32,000 nt of DNA from Nostoc sp. UHCC 0870 (GCF_022063185.1 NZ_CP091916.1:20136-52135); one strand, 5' to 3'. Positions 1-8,436 are shown, numbered from the stretch's first letter. The notes: generated by a model from the letters alone, not told the origin. A program made the numbers and translations.

Positions 1-410
1 ACTTTTACCCCTTGAAGGAATTACGGTTAATGCTAGACCAAGCTGGATATTCAGAAAAAACATTGCAGGTAGCATGGCGAGAAATGACCAATGCTGATAT
101 TGCTGCTTCAATAATTGGATTTATCCGCCAAGCCACATTGGGGGATGCTTTAGTTCCCTATGAAGAGAGAGTGGACAAAGCAATGAGGAAGATTTTGGCT
201 TCTCAAACTTGGACACCACCCCAACGCAAATGGTTAGAACGTATTGGTAAGCAGTTGAAGGTAGAAACGATTGTGGATAGGGAAGCGTTAGACCAAGGGG
301 AATTTAAAACTCAAGGCGGTGGATTTGTCAGATTAAATAGGGCATTTAATGGGCAGTTAGAAGATATTTTGGTGCAGATTAATGAAGCACTATGGCAAGA
401 TGTGGGCTAA
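1..410 (+). CDS. hsdR: 3' end of a type I restriction enzyme R subunit (HsdR C-terminal domain); the 5' part lies outside the window
   Basis: The frame is open from base 3 to TAA at 408-410; the track ORF 12..410 simply starts at the first TTG. The peptide ...SQTWTPPQRKWLERIGKQL... resembles the helical C-terminal domain I associate with EcoEI-type HsdR. Same-strand hsdM and hsdS follow. Family call from memory. Confidence 0.6.
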   Translation, partial: FYPLKELRLMLDQAGYSEKTLQVAWREMTNADIAASIIGFIRQATLGDALVPYEERVDKAMRKILASQTWTPPQRKWLERIGKQLKVETIVDREALDQGEFKTQGGGFVRLNRAFNGQLEDILVQINEALWQDVG

Positions 411-420
411 TTTATTCTAA

Positions 421-693
421 TTAAATTTCGTTTTGAATTAATGATGTATTTCTAATAATTCGATTTACCAAACTCAGATAATCGTCTAATTCTTCATATC
501 CGTCTAATTCTGTTTCTTCTTCGGAAGTCAGAGCCGATTGTTTTTGTTTAATTAATAAAGTTTCAATTCGTCCTTGGACTAAGCTGGATGCACGAAATCT
601 TGGCACTCCTTCTACTAACTCGATGCGAACAGCACCATCTAAGGGTAGACTATTAGGCAAGTGTGACAATTTCCGAGGTAAATTGATTGTCAT
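421..693 (-). CDS. hypothetical 90-aa protein with an acidic C-terminal half, directly downstream of the minus-strand Uma2 gene
   Basis: Uninterrupted ORF with an ATG start, 19 nt after the Uma2 stop on the same strand. No family recognised. Confidence 0.5.
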   Translation of the reverse strand: MTINLPRKLSHLPNSLPLDGAVRIELVEGVPRFRASSLVQGRIETLLIKQKQSALTSEEETELDGYEELDDYLSLVNRIIRNTSLIQNEI

Positions 694-712
694 GGTAATT
701 ATTTCCCATCAA

Positions 713-1327
713 TTAGTTAGCAGCATCAAAAATCTGCTGTGCGGTTAAATTTAATTGGGGGAAGGTAGGTGATTTAATCGCTGTGTCACCTTGAAACGGA
801 GTCATTTGATATTCACCATCAACTAAACTACATACAAAAATAGTCGGTTGTTTGGGATTACCGATAAATTTCCTAGCTCCCAAAGCAGCATAATCAGCAA
901 TCCAATATTCAGGAATGCCCATTTCCTCATAGTCAGCAAATTTGTTGTAGTAATCATCTCGCCAGTTAGTCGATACAACCTCAACCACTAAAGGCACAGA
1001 TGCAGCTTGGCTGACTGTTGAAGATGAGTGAAAAAGTGGTTCGTTGCTGAGGTTGTCTAGATTTAATAACAATACATCAGGCGAATAAGCAGATTCAGCA
1101 CTAGGAGTTTTGACGAGTGCAGTTTTAGGAATACCATAGGGTAAATTCAGACGATCAAACTCCACCGTTAATTTACGTGACAAAAATGCTATGACTTTTT
1201 CATGTTCTCCGGTTGGAGGGGGCATTTCAAAAATTACTCCGTTACGTAATTCATAGCGTTTATCATCGTTGGGATACCATTCGATAAATTCATCAAATGT
1301 CAGTAATTTTGGCAAAGATTGGGTCAT
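713..1327 (-). CDS. Uma2-family (DUF820) putative PD-(D/E)xK endonuclease
   Basis: N-terminus LTFDEFIEWYP..YELRNGVIFEMPPPTGEHE and C-terminal core VVEVVSTNWRDDYYNKFADYEEMGIPEYWIADY fit the Uma2 layout common in cyanobacteria. It is a paralog of ORF 3128..3745. Confidence 0.85.
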   Translation of the reverse strand: MTQSLPKLLTFDEFIEWYPNDDKRYELRNGVIFEMPPPTGEHEKVIAFLSRKLTVEFDRLNLPYGIPKTALVKTPSAESAYSPDVLLLNLDNLSNEPLFHSSSTVSQAASVPLVVEVVSTNWRDDYYNKFADYEEMGIPEYWIADYAALGARKFIGNPKQPTIFVCSLVDGEYQMTPFQGDTAIKSPTFPQLNLTAQQIFDAAN

Positions 1328-1575
1328 AATCTTACATCCATGTATATTTTACTTTATCAAACGCTGCATATTTTTTATTGGGATAATTCAATTATGTTTG
1401 ATTGTTATAGTGTTTATTTGCAAATATTTTGGATGAAAATTTTAGGCTAATCTTCACTTATATACTTAGGCAATTAGCATAATTAAACAGCCATTGCTTA
1501 ATTTATAGTAAATCAGAAAATAACTTTATCTGTTGTCATCGTTCTTTACGCCAATCATCACAACAATCTTAAACT

Positions 1576-1603
1576 TTGACAACATTACCTAATTGCGTAT
1601 AAT
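1576..1603 (+). promoter_or_regulatory. near-consensus sigma70-type promoter for the hsdM operon
   Basis: TTGACA (1576-1581), a 16-nt spacer, then TATAAT (1598-1603). It lies in an AT-rich spacer about 40 nt upstream of the TTG at 1644. The -10 box overlaps the track start at 1593, which argues against that start. Confidence 0.6.
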
Positions 1604-1643
1604 CACAAAGCAGCAATTATATAGTAACTACTTATTTAAAACA

Positions 1644-3101
1644 TTGAGCGCGACTACTGATATCGTCCAAAAACTCTGGAATCTCTGTCATGTCTTGCGG
1701 GACGACGGGATTACTTATCTCGATTATGTAACTGAATTAACATACCTGCTGTTCCTGAAGATGGCGCAGGAAACAGGGACAGAAAGCCAAATCCCTGAAG
1801 GCTGTCGCTGGGGTGATTTGGTAGTCAAGGATGGCATCGAACAGATGAACTTTTACCGCGCCACCTTGTTAGAGTTAGGTTCTAACAGTACGCCGCTACG
1901 GGTGCAGGCTATTTTTGCTAATGCCCAAACTGCCCTGAAAAAACCGCAAATTCTCAATAAGCTGGTCAAAAGCATTGATGAACTGGACTGGTACTCTGCC
2001 AAGTCAGAAGGCTTAGGCGATTTGTACGAAGGACTGTTAGAGAAAAATGCCGGTGAGAAAAAATCTGGTGCAGGGCAATACTTTACGCCGCGTCCCTTGA
2101 TTGATTGCATGGTGGAACTCATCAAACCGCAACCGGGGGAACTGGTACAAGACCCCGCAGCCGGGACTGGTGGGTTTTTAATTGCCTCAGACCGCTATAT
2201 TAAAAAACATACCGATGATTTATTTGATTTAAGCGAAGCTGAACAGTCGTTTCAGCGTTACCAAGCATTCTGCGGTATTGAGTTGGTGCAGGATGCCCAC
2301 CGACTGTTATTAATGAATATGCTGCTACATGGCATTGAGGGGGCTGTAGATTTGGGCGATACTCTCTCCAGCGATGGGCAGCAGTTACCAAAAGCCAATG
2401 TTATCTTAACTAATCCCCCCTTTGGGACGAAAAAGGGCGGCGGACTGCCTACACGGGATGATTTTACTTATCCTACTTCCAACAAGCAGTTAGCTTTTTT
2501 ACAGCATATCTATCGCGGACTGTTACCCCAAGGACGGGCGGCGGTGGTGTTACCTGATAATGTGTTGTTTGAAGATGGTCAAGGGCGTAGCATCCGCGCT
2601 GATTTGATGGATAAGTGCAACCTACATACAATTTTACGGTTGCCTACGGGGATTTTCTACGCTCAAGGTGTCAAAACTAACGTGCTGTTTTTCCAACGGG
2701 GAACGACGGAGAAGGGGAATACCAAGCAGGTGTGGTTTTACGATATGCGGACGAATATACCTGTTTTTGGCAAGCGGACTCCTTTAACTAGAGAGCATTT
2801 TCGGGCATTTAAAGAAGTTTACGGGGATGATGCTAATGGGGGAAGTCCGCGTGTAGATGAAGGGGAGTTGGGACGCTGGCGTTGCTTTACGCGGGAGGAT
2901 ATTGCTAAACGCGGCGAAAACCTGGATATTACTTGGCTGCGGGATGAAAGTTTGCAGTCGGGGGATGATTTACCTGAACCAGATGTAATTGCGGCGGCTA
3001 TTATGACGAAGTTACAAACTGCGATCGCAGAAATGGAGGCGTTGACGGCGTTGCTAGAAGGGGAGGAAGAAACCGAGGATGAAGCCGCGCTTCTAGAATA
3101 A
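1644..3101 (+). CDS. hsdM: type I restriction-modification DNA methyltransferase subunit M (N6-adenine)
   Basis: HsdM_N-like IVQKLWNLCHVLRDDGI, AdoMet motif DPAAGTGGFL and catalytic TNPPFG. Start placed at the in-frame TTG 1644 (giving MSATTDIVQKLW) because the track start TTG 1593 sits inside the predicted promoter. There is no in-frame ATG or GTG between the two. Confidence 0.93.
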   Translation: MSATTDIVQKLWNLCHVLRDDGITYLDYVTELTYLLFLKMAQETGTESQIPEGCRWGDLVVKDGIEQMNFYRATLLELGSNSTPLRVQAIFANAQTALKKPQILNKLVKSIDELDWYSAKSEGLGDLYEGLLEKNAGEKKSGAGQYFTPRPLIDCMVELIKPQPGELVQDPAAGTGGFLIASDRYIKKHTDDLFDLSEAEQSFQRYQAFCGIELVQDAHRLLLMNMLLHGIEGAVDLGDTLSSDGQQLPKANVILTNPPFGTKKGGGLPTRDDFTYPTSNKQLAFLQHIYRGLLPQGRAAVVLPDNVLFEDGQGRSIRADLMDKCNLHTILRLPTGIFYAQGVKTNVLFFQRGTTEKGNTKQVWFYDMRTNIPVFGKRTPLTREHFRAFKEVYGDDANGGSPRVDEGELGRWRCFTREDIAKRGENLDITWLRDESLQSGDDLPEPDVIAAAIMTKLQTAIAEMEALTALLEGEEETEDEAALLE

Positions 3102-3127
3102 AAGCAAACCCACAGTCATCAATTCTT

Positions 3128-3745
3128 ATGACCCAAGCCTTACCAAAAATAGTCACCTTTGAGGACTTTATCGCGTGGTATCCCGAAAACTCAGGGGTAC
3201 GCTACGAACTGCACAATGGGGAAATTGTCGAAATGGCACAGCCTACAGGGAAGCATGAAAGGATAAAAGGATTTTCGGCGGCTGAATTGACTGTAGAGTT
3301 TAGACGATTAAACCTCCCCTACTTTATCCCTAATCAAGCAATAGTAAGACCACCGGAAAGAGAATCAGGTTATTTCCCAGATGTATTAATCCTCAATGAT
3401 GCGGCTTTAGTTGATGAACCGCTTTGGGAAAAATCTTCTACTGTGACTAAGGGTACATCAATTCCTTTAGTTATTGAGGTTGTCAGTACCAATTGGCGCG
3501 ATGATTACTATCTGAAGCTGGCTGATTATGAGGAGATGGGTATTCCTGAATATTGGATTGTTGACTATGCAGCATTGGGAGCTAGAAAATTTATTGGTAA
3601 TCCCAAACAACCCACTTTTTCAGTCTATCAACTAATTGATGGGGAATACCAAGTGAGTCAGTTTCGGGGTAGCGATAAAATCATATCTCCTACTTTCCCT
3701 GAGTTAAATTTGACGGCAGAAAAAGTTTTTAAAGCTGGTCAATAA
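3128..3745 (+). CDS. Uma2-family (DUF820) putative endonuclease, second copy, inside the R-M operon
   Basis: Same motif layout as 713..1327 (VIEVVSTNWRDDYYLKLADYEEMGIPEYWIVDY). It starts 26 nt after the hsdM stop on the same strand. Confidence 0.85.
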   Translation: MTQALPKIVTFEDFIAWYPENSGVRYELHNGEIVEMAQPTGKHERIKGFSAAELTVEFRRLNLPYFIPNQAIVRPPERESGYFPDVLILNDAALVDEPLWEKSSTVTKGTSIPLVIEVVSTNWRDDYYLKLADYEEMGIPEYWIVDYAALGARKFIGNPKQPTFSVYQLIDGEYQVSQFRGSDKIISPTFPELNLTAEKVFKAGQ

Positions 3746-3784
3746 TTATTGGATGTACTCAATTATCAGAGGTAGGTAGTTAAA

Positions 3785-4000
3785 ATGAGTGATAAACAAT
3801 TGCTAGAGAGGATTAAATTCGACAAAAATATTTTAGCTGGTAAACCAATTATTCGAGGATTAAGAATACCAGTGTCAATGATTTTAGAATTACTAGCCAA
3901 GGGTGCTAATAATCAAGAAATTCTTGAAGATTACCCAGAATTAGAACTAGAAGATATACAAGCTGCGTTATTTTATGCTGATTATCTTGTTTCTCAATAA
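3785..4000 (+). CDS. DUF433-domain protein (antitoxin-like small helix-turn-helix protein)
   Basis: ILAGKPIIRGLRIPVSMILELLAKGANNQEILEDYPELELEDIQAALFYA matches the DUF433 pattern as I remember it. The size (71 aa) is typical. Confidence 0.75.
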   Translation: MSDKQLLERIKFDKNILAGKPIIRGLRIPVSMILELLAKGANNQEILEDYPELELEDIQAALFYADYLVSQ

Positions 4001-4135
4001 GTAGAGATGAAATAGAAAAAGAAATTGCTAGTCGTCGCGGGGGATTACAGGAAACTGACGCATGAAGATAACTTTTATTTTTGATTAATTTTTTATTGTC
4101 GATATTCTAGAGTAATGTCTAAAGGAGAAACAGAA

Positions 4136-4390
4136 ATGCACAGTATTAAATTATCAAAGCGTGTCGGGGCAGATGGGATTTTACATTTAGATATTCCAGT
4201 AGGGATAACGGATAAAGAAGTAGAAATCATGGTGATTTATCAACCGCTAGAAAAACCAAATCAGCTAAAAACACCAGAGGAATTAGGTTGGCCTCCTGGT
4301 TTTTTTGAGCAGACTTATGGTAGTTGTCAGGATGACCCCATTGTTATTGATTCTGAAGGTGATTTTGAAGAAAGGGAAGAAATTGTGTGA
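4136..4390 (+). CDS. antitoxin partner of VapC (family not recognised)
   Basis: Small acidic-tailed ORF whose TGA (4388-4390) overlaps the GTG start of the PIN gene (GTGA). AAGGAG at 4122-4127 sits 8 nt before ATG 4136, so that start is preferred. The track ORF starts at ATG 4115. Confidence 0.7.
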   Translation: MHSIKLSKRVGADGILHLDIPVGITDKEVEIMVIYQPLEKPNQLKTPEELGWPPGFFEQTYGSCQDDPIVIDSEGDFEEREEIV

Positions 4391-4794
4391 GATATTTGCT
4401 GGATACTAATGTTTGCGCTCGTTATCTCAATGGTAGGTCACTGGCAATTCGGGAGCGTTTACGAGCAACAAATATTGCAGATATTGCTGTGTGTTCTGTG
4501 GTCAAAGGCGAGTTATTTTATGGTGCAATAAAAAGCAATAATCCTGAGAAAACTTTATCTAGACAGCAAGAGTTTCTCAAGTTGTTTGTTTCGCTGCCCT
4601 TTGATGATTCTGCTGCCCTCGTTTACGGAAGAATCCGTGCAGAACTGTCAGCTAATGGGACTCCTATTGGCCCCAATGATTTCCAAATTGCAGCTATTGC
4701 AATAGCGAATAATTTAATATTGGTTACACATAATACGCGCGAATTTAGTCGAGTGAATGGATTGCAAATTCAAGATTGGGAGGAAGAAATTTGA
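4387..4794 (+). CDS. vapC: PIN-domain toxin, VapC family
   Basis: MRYLLDTNVCARYL N-terminus with the first acidic residue, later acidic and THN motifs (VTHNTREF), 135 aa. It has a 4-nt overlap with the upstream small ORF. Confidence 0.9.
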   Translation: MRYLLDTNVCARYLNGRSLAIRERLRATNIADIAVCSVVKGELFYGAIKSNNPEKTLSRQQEFLKLFVSLPFDDSAALVYGRIRAELSANGTPIGPNDFQIAAIAIANNLILVTHNTREFSRVNGLQIQDWEEEI

Positions 4795-6377
4795 TGGAAG
4801 ATAGAGATGATTTACTAGAACTTCCAAGCGGATGGACATGGACAATAGTTAGGGAAGTTATTGAAATTATCGATTATAGAGGTAGAACACCCCCTTTTAG
4901 TGCGGGTGGAATTGTTCATCTACGTTCATCTAATATTAAAAATTGTCAAGTTATTTGGGAAGATTTAAAGTATGTTTCCGAAGAAATATACAACCAATTT
5001 ATGACAAGAGGAATACCTCAAAAAGGAGATTTACTTTTAACGACTGAAGGTCCACTAGGAGAAGTAGCACTAGCTCCTGAGCAAAAATTTTCAGTTGCCC
5101 AGAGAATGATGATTTTAAGACCAGTTAAAGGTATATTGTTATCAGAATTTTTACTCTATCAAATAGCGGCACCCTGGTTTCAAACCAAATTAAAAGGAGA
5201 AGGAACAGGAACTACTGTTACAGGAATTTCTTCCAGAAATTTTCAACCTTTGGAAATTGTTGTATCTCCCCTCAACGAACAACGCCGGATAGTTGCGAAA
5301 ATAGAGGCGTTGAAGGCTAGGAGTCAGCGAGTGAAGGAGGAGCTTGAGGATATTCCTCAACTGCTAGACCAGTTCCGTCAATCTGTCCTCGCCGCCGCCT
5401 TTCGTGGCGACCTCACTGCTGATTGGCGGGAGCAGAACAGTAATGTTGAACCTGCTTCAGTGTTGTTGGACAGGATTTATGAAAAATATAATAATCAATA
5501 TCAGGAAGATTGTTCTAAAGCTAAAGCAACAGGAAATAGAAAACCCAAAAAACCTGATTGTTTAATTGAATATAACTTGGCTTGGGAAGAAGTGTTTAAA
5601 ATTCCACAAACTTGGCTAGTAAGACCATTAGGCAAAGTATGTACAAAAGTTACTGATGGCACTCATGACACACCCAAGACAGTTTCACAAGGAATTCCTT
5701 ATATTACTGCTCAACACATTAGAAATGGTTTTATAGATTTTGAAAATTGTTTCTTTATTCCTGAGAGTGAGCATAAAATTATATATTCACGGTGCAACCC
5801 AGAAAAAGGAGATGTAATCATAGTCAATATTGGTGCAGGAACTGCCACACCAGCCCTAGTTAATAGGGACTTTGAATTTAGCATGAAGAATATCGCTCTA
5901 TTGAAACCAATAACTGAAGTTGTAGATGGAAAGTATCTTGAGTATTACCAACTAGCAATCAAGCCAAATATTTTCTCACGAGTTTCCCGGGGTGGGGCGC
6001 AACCTTTTATGAGTTTAAATCTGATTAAAACAATTCCTTTTAAGCTTTCACCACTTTCTGAACAAAAGGAAATTGTCAAAAGAGTAGAATTATTGTTAAA
6101 CCTTGCTGATAATATTGAACAACAGTACCAAGAAGCCAAAGCTAACATAGACCAACTCGACCAATCAATCCTAGCCAAAGCCTTTCGCGGCGAACTCGTA
6201 CCCCAAGACCCCGACGACGAACCAGCATCCGTCCTGCTAGAACGCATCCGCGCAGAACGCGCCAAACTCCAAACCAAAACAGCCAAAAAATCCACCACCA
6301 AAAGCAGCGCACGACGTACCAAAAAACCCCAACCACAACAAGAAGAATCGGTGCAGCTAGACCTGGGGTTAGAGTAG
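4794..6377 (+). CDS. hsdS: type I restriction-modification specificity subunit S with two target-recognition domains
   Basis: Duplicated conserved helices LRQSVLAAAFRGDLT..EPASVLLDRI and LDQSILAKAFRGELV..EPASVLLERI separate two divergent TRDs. ATG 4794 overlaps the vapC TGA by 1 nt (TGATG). The track start at 4776 lies upstream in the same frame. Confidence 0.9.
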   Translation: MEDRDDLLELPSGWTWTIVREVIEIIDYRGRTPPFSAGGIVHLRSSNIKNCQVIWEDLKYVSEEIYNQFMTRGIPQKGDLLLTTEGPLGEVALAPEQKFSVAQRMMILRPVKGILLSEFLLYQIAAPWFQTKLKGEGTGTTVTGISSRNFQPLEIVVSPLNEQRRIVAKIEALKARSQRVKEELEDIPQLLDQFRQSVLAAAFRGDLTADWREQNSNVEPASVLLDRIYEKYNNQYQEDCSKAKATGNRKPKKPDCLIEYNLAWEEVFKIPQTWLVRPLGKVCTKVTDGTHDTPKTVSQGIPYITAQHIRNGFIDFENCFFIPESEHKIIYSRCNPEKGDVIIVNIGAGTATPALVNRDFEFSMKNIALLKPITEVVDGKYLEYYQLAIKPNIFSRVSRGGAQPFMSLNLIKTIPFKLSPLSEQKEIVKRVELLLNLADNIEQQYQEAKANIDQLDQSILAKAFRGELVPQDPDDEPASVLLERIRAERAKLQTKTAKKSTTKSSARRTKKPQPQQEESVQLDLGLE

Positions 6378-6518
6378 CGAAGACAAACTAGCGATCGCGC
6401 CAACTCAATAACTCATCCTCTCACCCAGAGCTTGACACCCTCTATTTATCGCACAAAAGTAGCCAGAGCAAGCATTTCGCCCTAAATCTCGGAATATCCC
6501 TGAATCCCTACCAAACCT

Positions 6519-6602
6519 CTAAAAAGCTAAAAAGCTAATTTTACAAAAAGCTAAAAAGCTAAATTTAGCTAAAGTCAAAAAGCTAAAAAGATAATTAGCT
6601 AA
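6519..6602. repeat. array of AAAAAGCTAA / AGCTAA repeats, candidate partition centromere or operator
   Basis: Five exact AAAAAGCTAA copies start at 6521, 6529, 6545, 6553 and 6577. Within 84 bp there are seven exact AGCTAA and one AGATAA. The array abuts the -35 box of the parA promoter. Confidence 0.6.
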
Positions 6603-6611
6603 ATTTATTAA

Positions 6612-6640
6612 TTGACAAATTAATCAAATGAGTTTAAGTT
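6612..6640 (+). promoter_or_regulatory. putative parA promoter
   Basis: TTGACA (6612-6617), a 17-nt spacer, then TAAGTT (6635-6640), 35 nt upstream of the parA ATG. Confidence 0.4.
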
Positions 6641-6674
6641 AATTGGCTAATTTAATAAATTACTAAAAATATAT

Positions 6675-7454
6675 ATGTTGACCATTACCGTAAGCTCCTT
6701 GAGTGGCGGACAGGGCAAGACGACGACCTCACTGTTCTTGGGGCGGCTGCTATCACGCCAGGGCTTGCCCACCTTGATGCTAGACTCCGACCCCCAACAT
6801 AATCTCACTACCTATCTGGGGTTTGAGTTAGAACCCAACCAACCAACCCTATTGGAATTTCTCAAAAAAACAGTTGCACCACAAGACTGCATTTACCCAA
6901 CACAAGACAACGACAACTTATTTCTCATCCCTGCCGATGACCAACTTGATACCGTACAAGATTATTTATCTAACAGTGGAGTGGGTGCAACCTTACTCAA
7001 ACGACGATTGGAAGCCATCAGCAAAATATTCAAAGTGTGCATTATAGATGCCCCACCCCAGCGATCGCAAATTTGTTTGACAGTCATCGGCGCAGCAGAT
7101 TTTTTGATTATCCCCGCCGAAGCATCAGTTAAAGGTTACGGTTCGCTAGTGCGGACACTGGACTTACTCAGTGGCTTGCAAGATGTCGGCGCAACGAATG
7201 CCCAAGTATTAGGTGTTTTACCCTTCCGCGATCGCTGGTTTGGTAACACCCAAGCCCAAGAAAGTCGGGCGGCTGTAGATGGAATGCGTGACGAAGTTGG
7301 CGAGGAGTTAGTTATACCCTCAATCCGCGAATCAGAACGCTATAAACAAGCCATCAACAAACGTACAACTTTGAGCGAGTTGGGATATACCGACTTGGAA
7401 TATCCATTTGAAATTTTAATTGAGAAAATTCAGGCTGCACTTGGGGGTAAATAA
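6675..7454 (+). CDS. parA: ParA/Soj-family partition ATPase
   Basis: Deviant Walker A SLSGGQGKTTT, Walker A' LMLDSDPQ and Walker B CIIDAPP. The size (259 aa) fits. Confidence 0.9.
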   Translation: MLTITVSSLSGGQGKTTTSLFLGRLLSRQGLPTLMLDSDPQHNLTTYLGFELEPNQPTLLEFLKKTVAPQDCIYPTQDNDNLFLIPADDQLDTVQDYLSNSGVGATLLKRRLEAISKIFKVCIIDAPPQRSQICLTVIGAADFLIIPAEASVKGYGSLVRTLDLLSGLQDVGATNAQVLGVLPFRDRWFGNTQAQESRAAVDGMRDEVGEELVIPSIRESERYKQAINKRTTLSELGYTDLEYPFEILIEKIQAALGGK

Positions 7455-7456
7455 TA

Positions 7457-7915
7457 ATGTCAGATAACGTACTCAACCAACTACGCAATAAACGCAATCG
7501 CTCCACAGTTGAACCACGCCAGGATGCACTCGTTCCCAAAGTACAACCAGAACCCCAAACAGAAGAACAAAACTCACCACAGGAAACCAGCCCAGTACCA
7601 GCTACCGACAACCCAACTGCTACACCAGCAGACACAATCGCTGAACTTCAAGCCGAACTGGAAAAGTACCCCGAAACACGACGACATTCAGCGATCGTTT
7701 TAGAAAAAGACCTCGACCAAGAATTAACACGGTTTTGTAAAGATAGGGGCATCACAGTTGAGGTATTTCTAGAAGCTGCTTGGACTTTTGCTAATGCAGA
7801 TAACGCACTTTTAGAAAAAATTACCACTGAAGCCAAACGCCGCTACGACCAACGTAAGCGAGTTGGTCAAATTAAGCGGTTAATAACTATGTTGAGTAAT
7901 TCATCAAAGGAATAA
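7457..7915 (+). CDS. putative centromere-binding partition partner (ParG-like, ribbon-helix-helix C-terminus)
   Basis: Starts 2 nt after the parA stop. It has a basic N-terminal peptide (NQLRNKRNRS), a P/Q/T-rich linker and an RHH-like segment HSAIVLEKDLDQELTRFCKDRGITVEVFLEAAW. The functional call rests on position only. Confidence 0.45.
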   Translation: MSDNVLNQLRNKRNRSTVEPRQDALVPKVQPEPQTEEQNSPQETSPVPATDNPTATPADTIAELQAELEKYPETRRHSAIVLEKDLDQELTRFCKDRGITVEVFLEAAWTFANADNALLEKITTEAKRRYDQRKRVGQIKRLITMLSNSSKE

Positions 7916-8011
7916 ATGTTGGGCGATCGCATCGGTGAATGAATGCAACTTACGAGTGTAGTGAATATGCAGCCAGATGAATGATACTGTTTGAGCGTTT
8001 GATTGTGATAT

Positions 8012-8419
8012 ATGACTAAAACCAACTCAGAAATTTTAGAACAGCTAAAACAGGCATCGTCAGGCTTGTTGTTTATGAGCGAGTCAGATTACCCATTTGA
8101 GGTTTTTTTGTGGGAAGGAGTTGCACCTCCTGTTACACCTGAAATAGTCTTGCAGCAGACAGATCATGGACAAGATACGTCTTTTAAAGTGGTAGACATT
8201 GACAGCTTTTTTAGCAGAGTAACTACTCCCCAAGACTGGCATGAGGATGCAGAAAAGGCTGTAGTTGCTAAATTTCAAAAACTGCTAGAGGTAATAAAAT
8301 CGAATTTAAAAAACCCGCAGGTGTATCGCTTGGGAAGGATTGAAATCGATGTTTATATTATTGGTGAAACTCAAAGAGGAAATTTAGCTGGTCTTTCTAC
8401 TAAAGTTGTGGAAACCTAG
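8012..8419 (+). CDS. nuiA: nuclease A inhibitor NuiA
   Basis: 135 aa. MTKTNSEILEQLKQAS..LFMSESDYPFEVFLWEG... matches my memory of Anabaena sp. PCC 7120 NuiA almost along its length. It is convergent with nucA. Confidence 0.85.
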   Translation: MTKTNSEILEQLKQASSGLLFMSESDYPFEVFLWEGVAPPVTPEIVLQQTDHGQDTSFKVVDIDSFFSRVTTPQDWHEDAEKAVVAKFQKLLEVIKSNLKNPQVYRLGRIEIDVYIIGETQRGNLAGLSTKVVET

Positions 8420-8436
8420 ATTAATTGTTGTTCAGG

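Noticed and set aside
1853-2391. Minus-strand ORFs 1853..2125 and 2200..2391
   Set aside because: They lie entirely antisense within the well-supported hsdM gene and have low-complexity, Ser/Pro/Arg-rich translations typical of shadow frames.
713-3745. The inverted Uma2 copies as terminal repeats of a composite transposon
   Set aside because: There is no transposase, no terminal inverted repeats beyond the coding homology and no target-site duplication. The homology is explained by paralogous genes.
5945-6403. Minus-strand ORFs 5945..6403 and 6142..6336
   Set aside because: They are antisense to the GC-rich conserved 3' part of hsdS. Their Arg/Trp/Ser-rich composition is typical of a shadow frame.
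6519-6602. The AAAAAGCTAA array as a CRISPR array or microsatellite
   Set aside because: The units are 8-10 bp with no spacers of CRISPR size. Its position immediately upstream of the parA promoter fits a centromere or operator better.
7354-7836. ORFs 7354..7635 (-), 7509..7703 (+) and 7648..7836 (-)
   Set aside because: They overlap the parA end and the 152-aa partner gene in other frames. They have no start context and biased composition.
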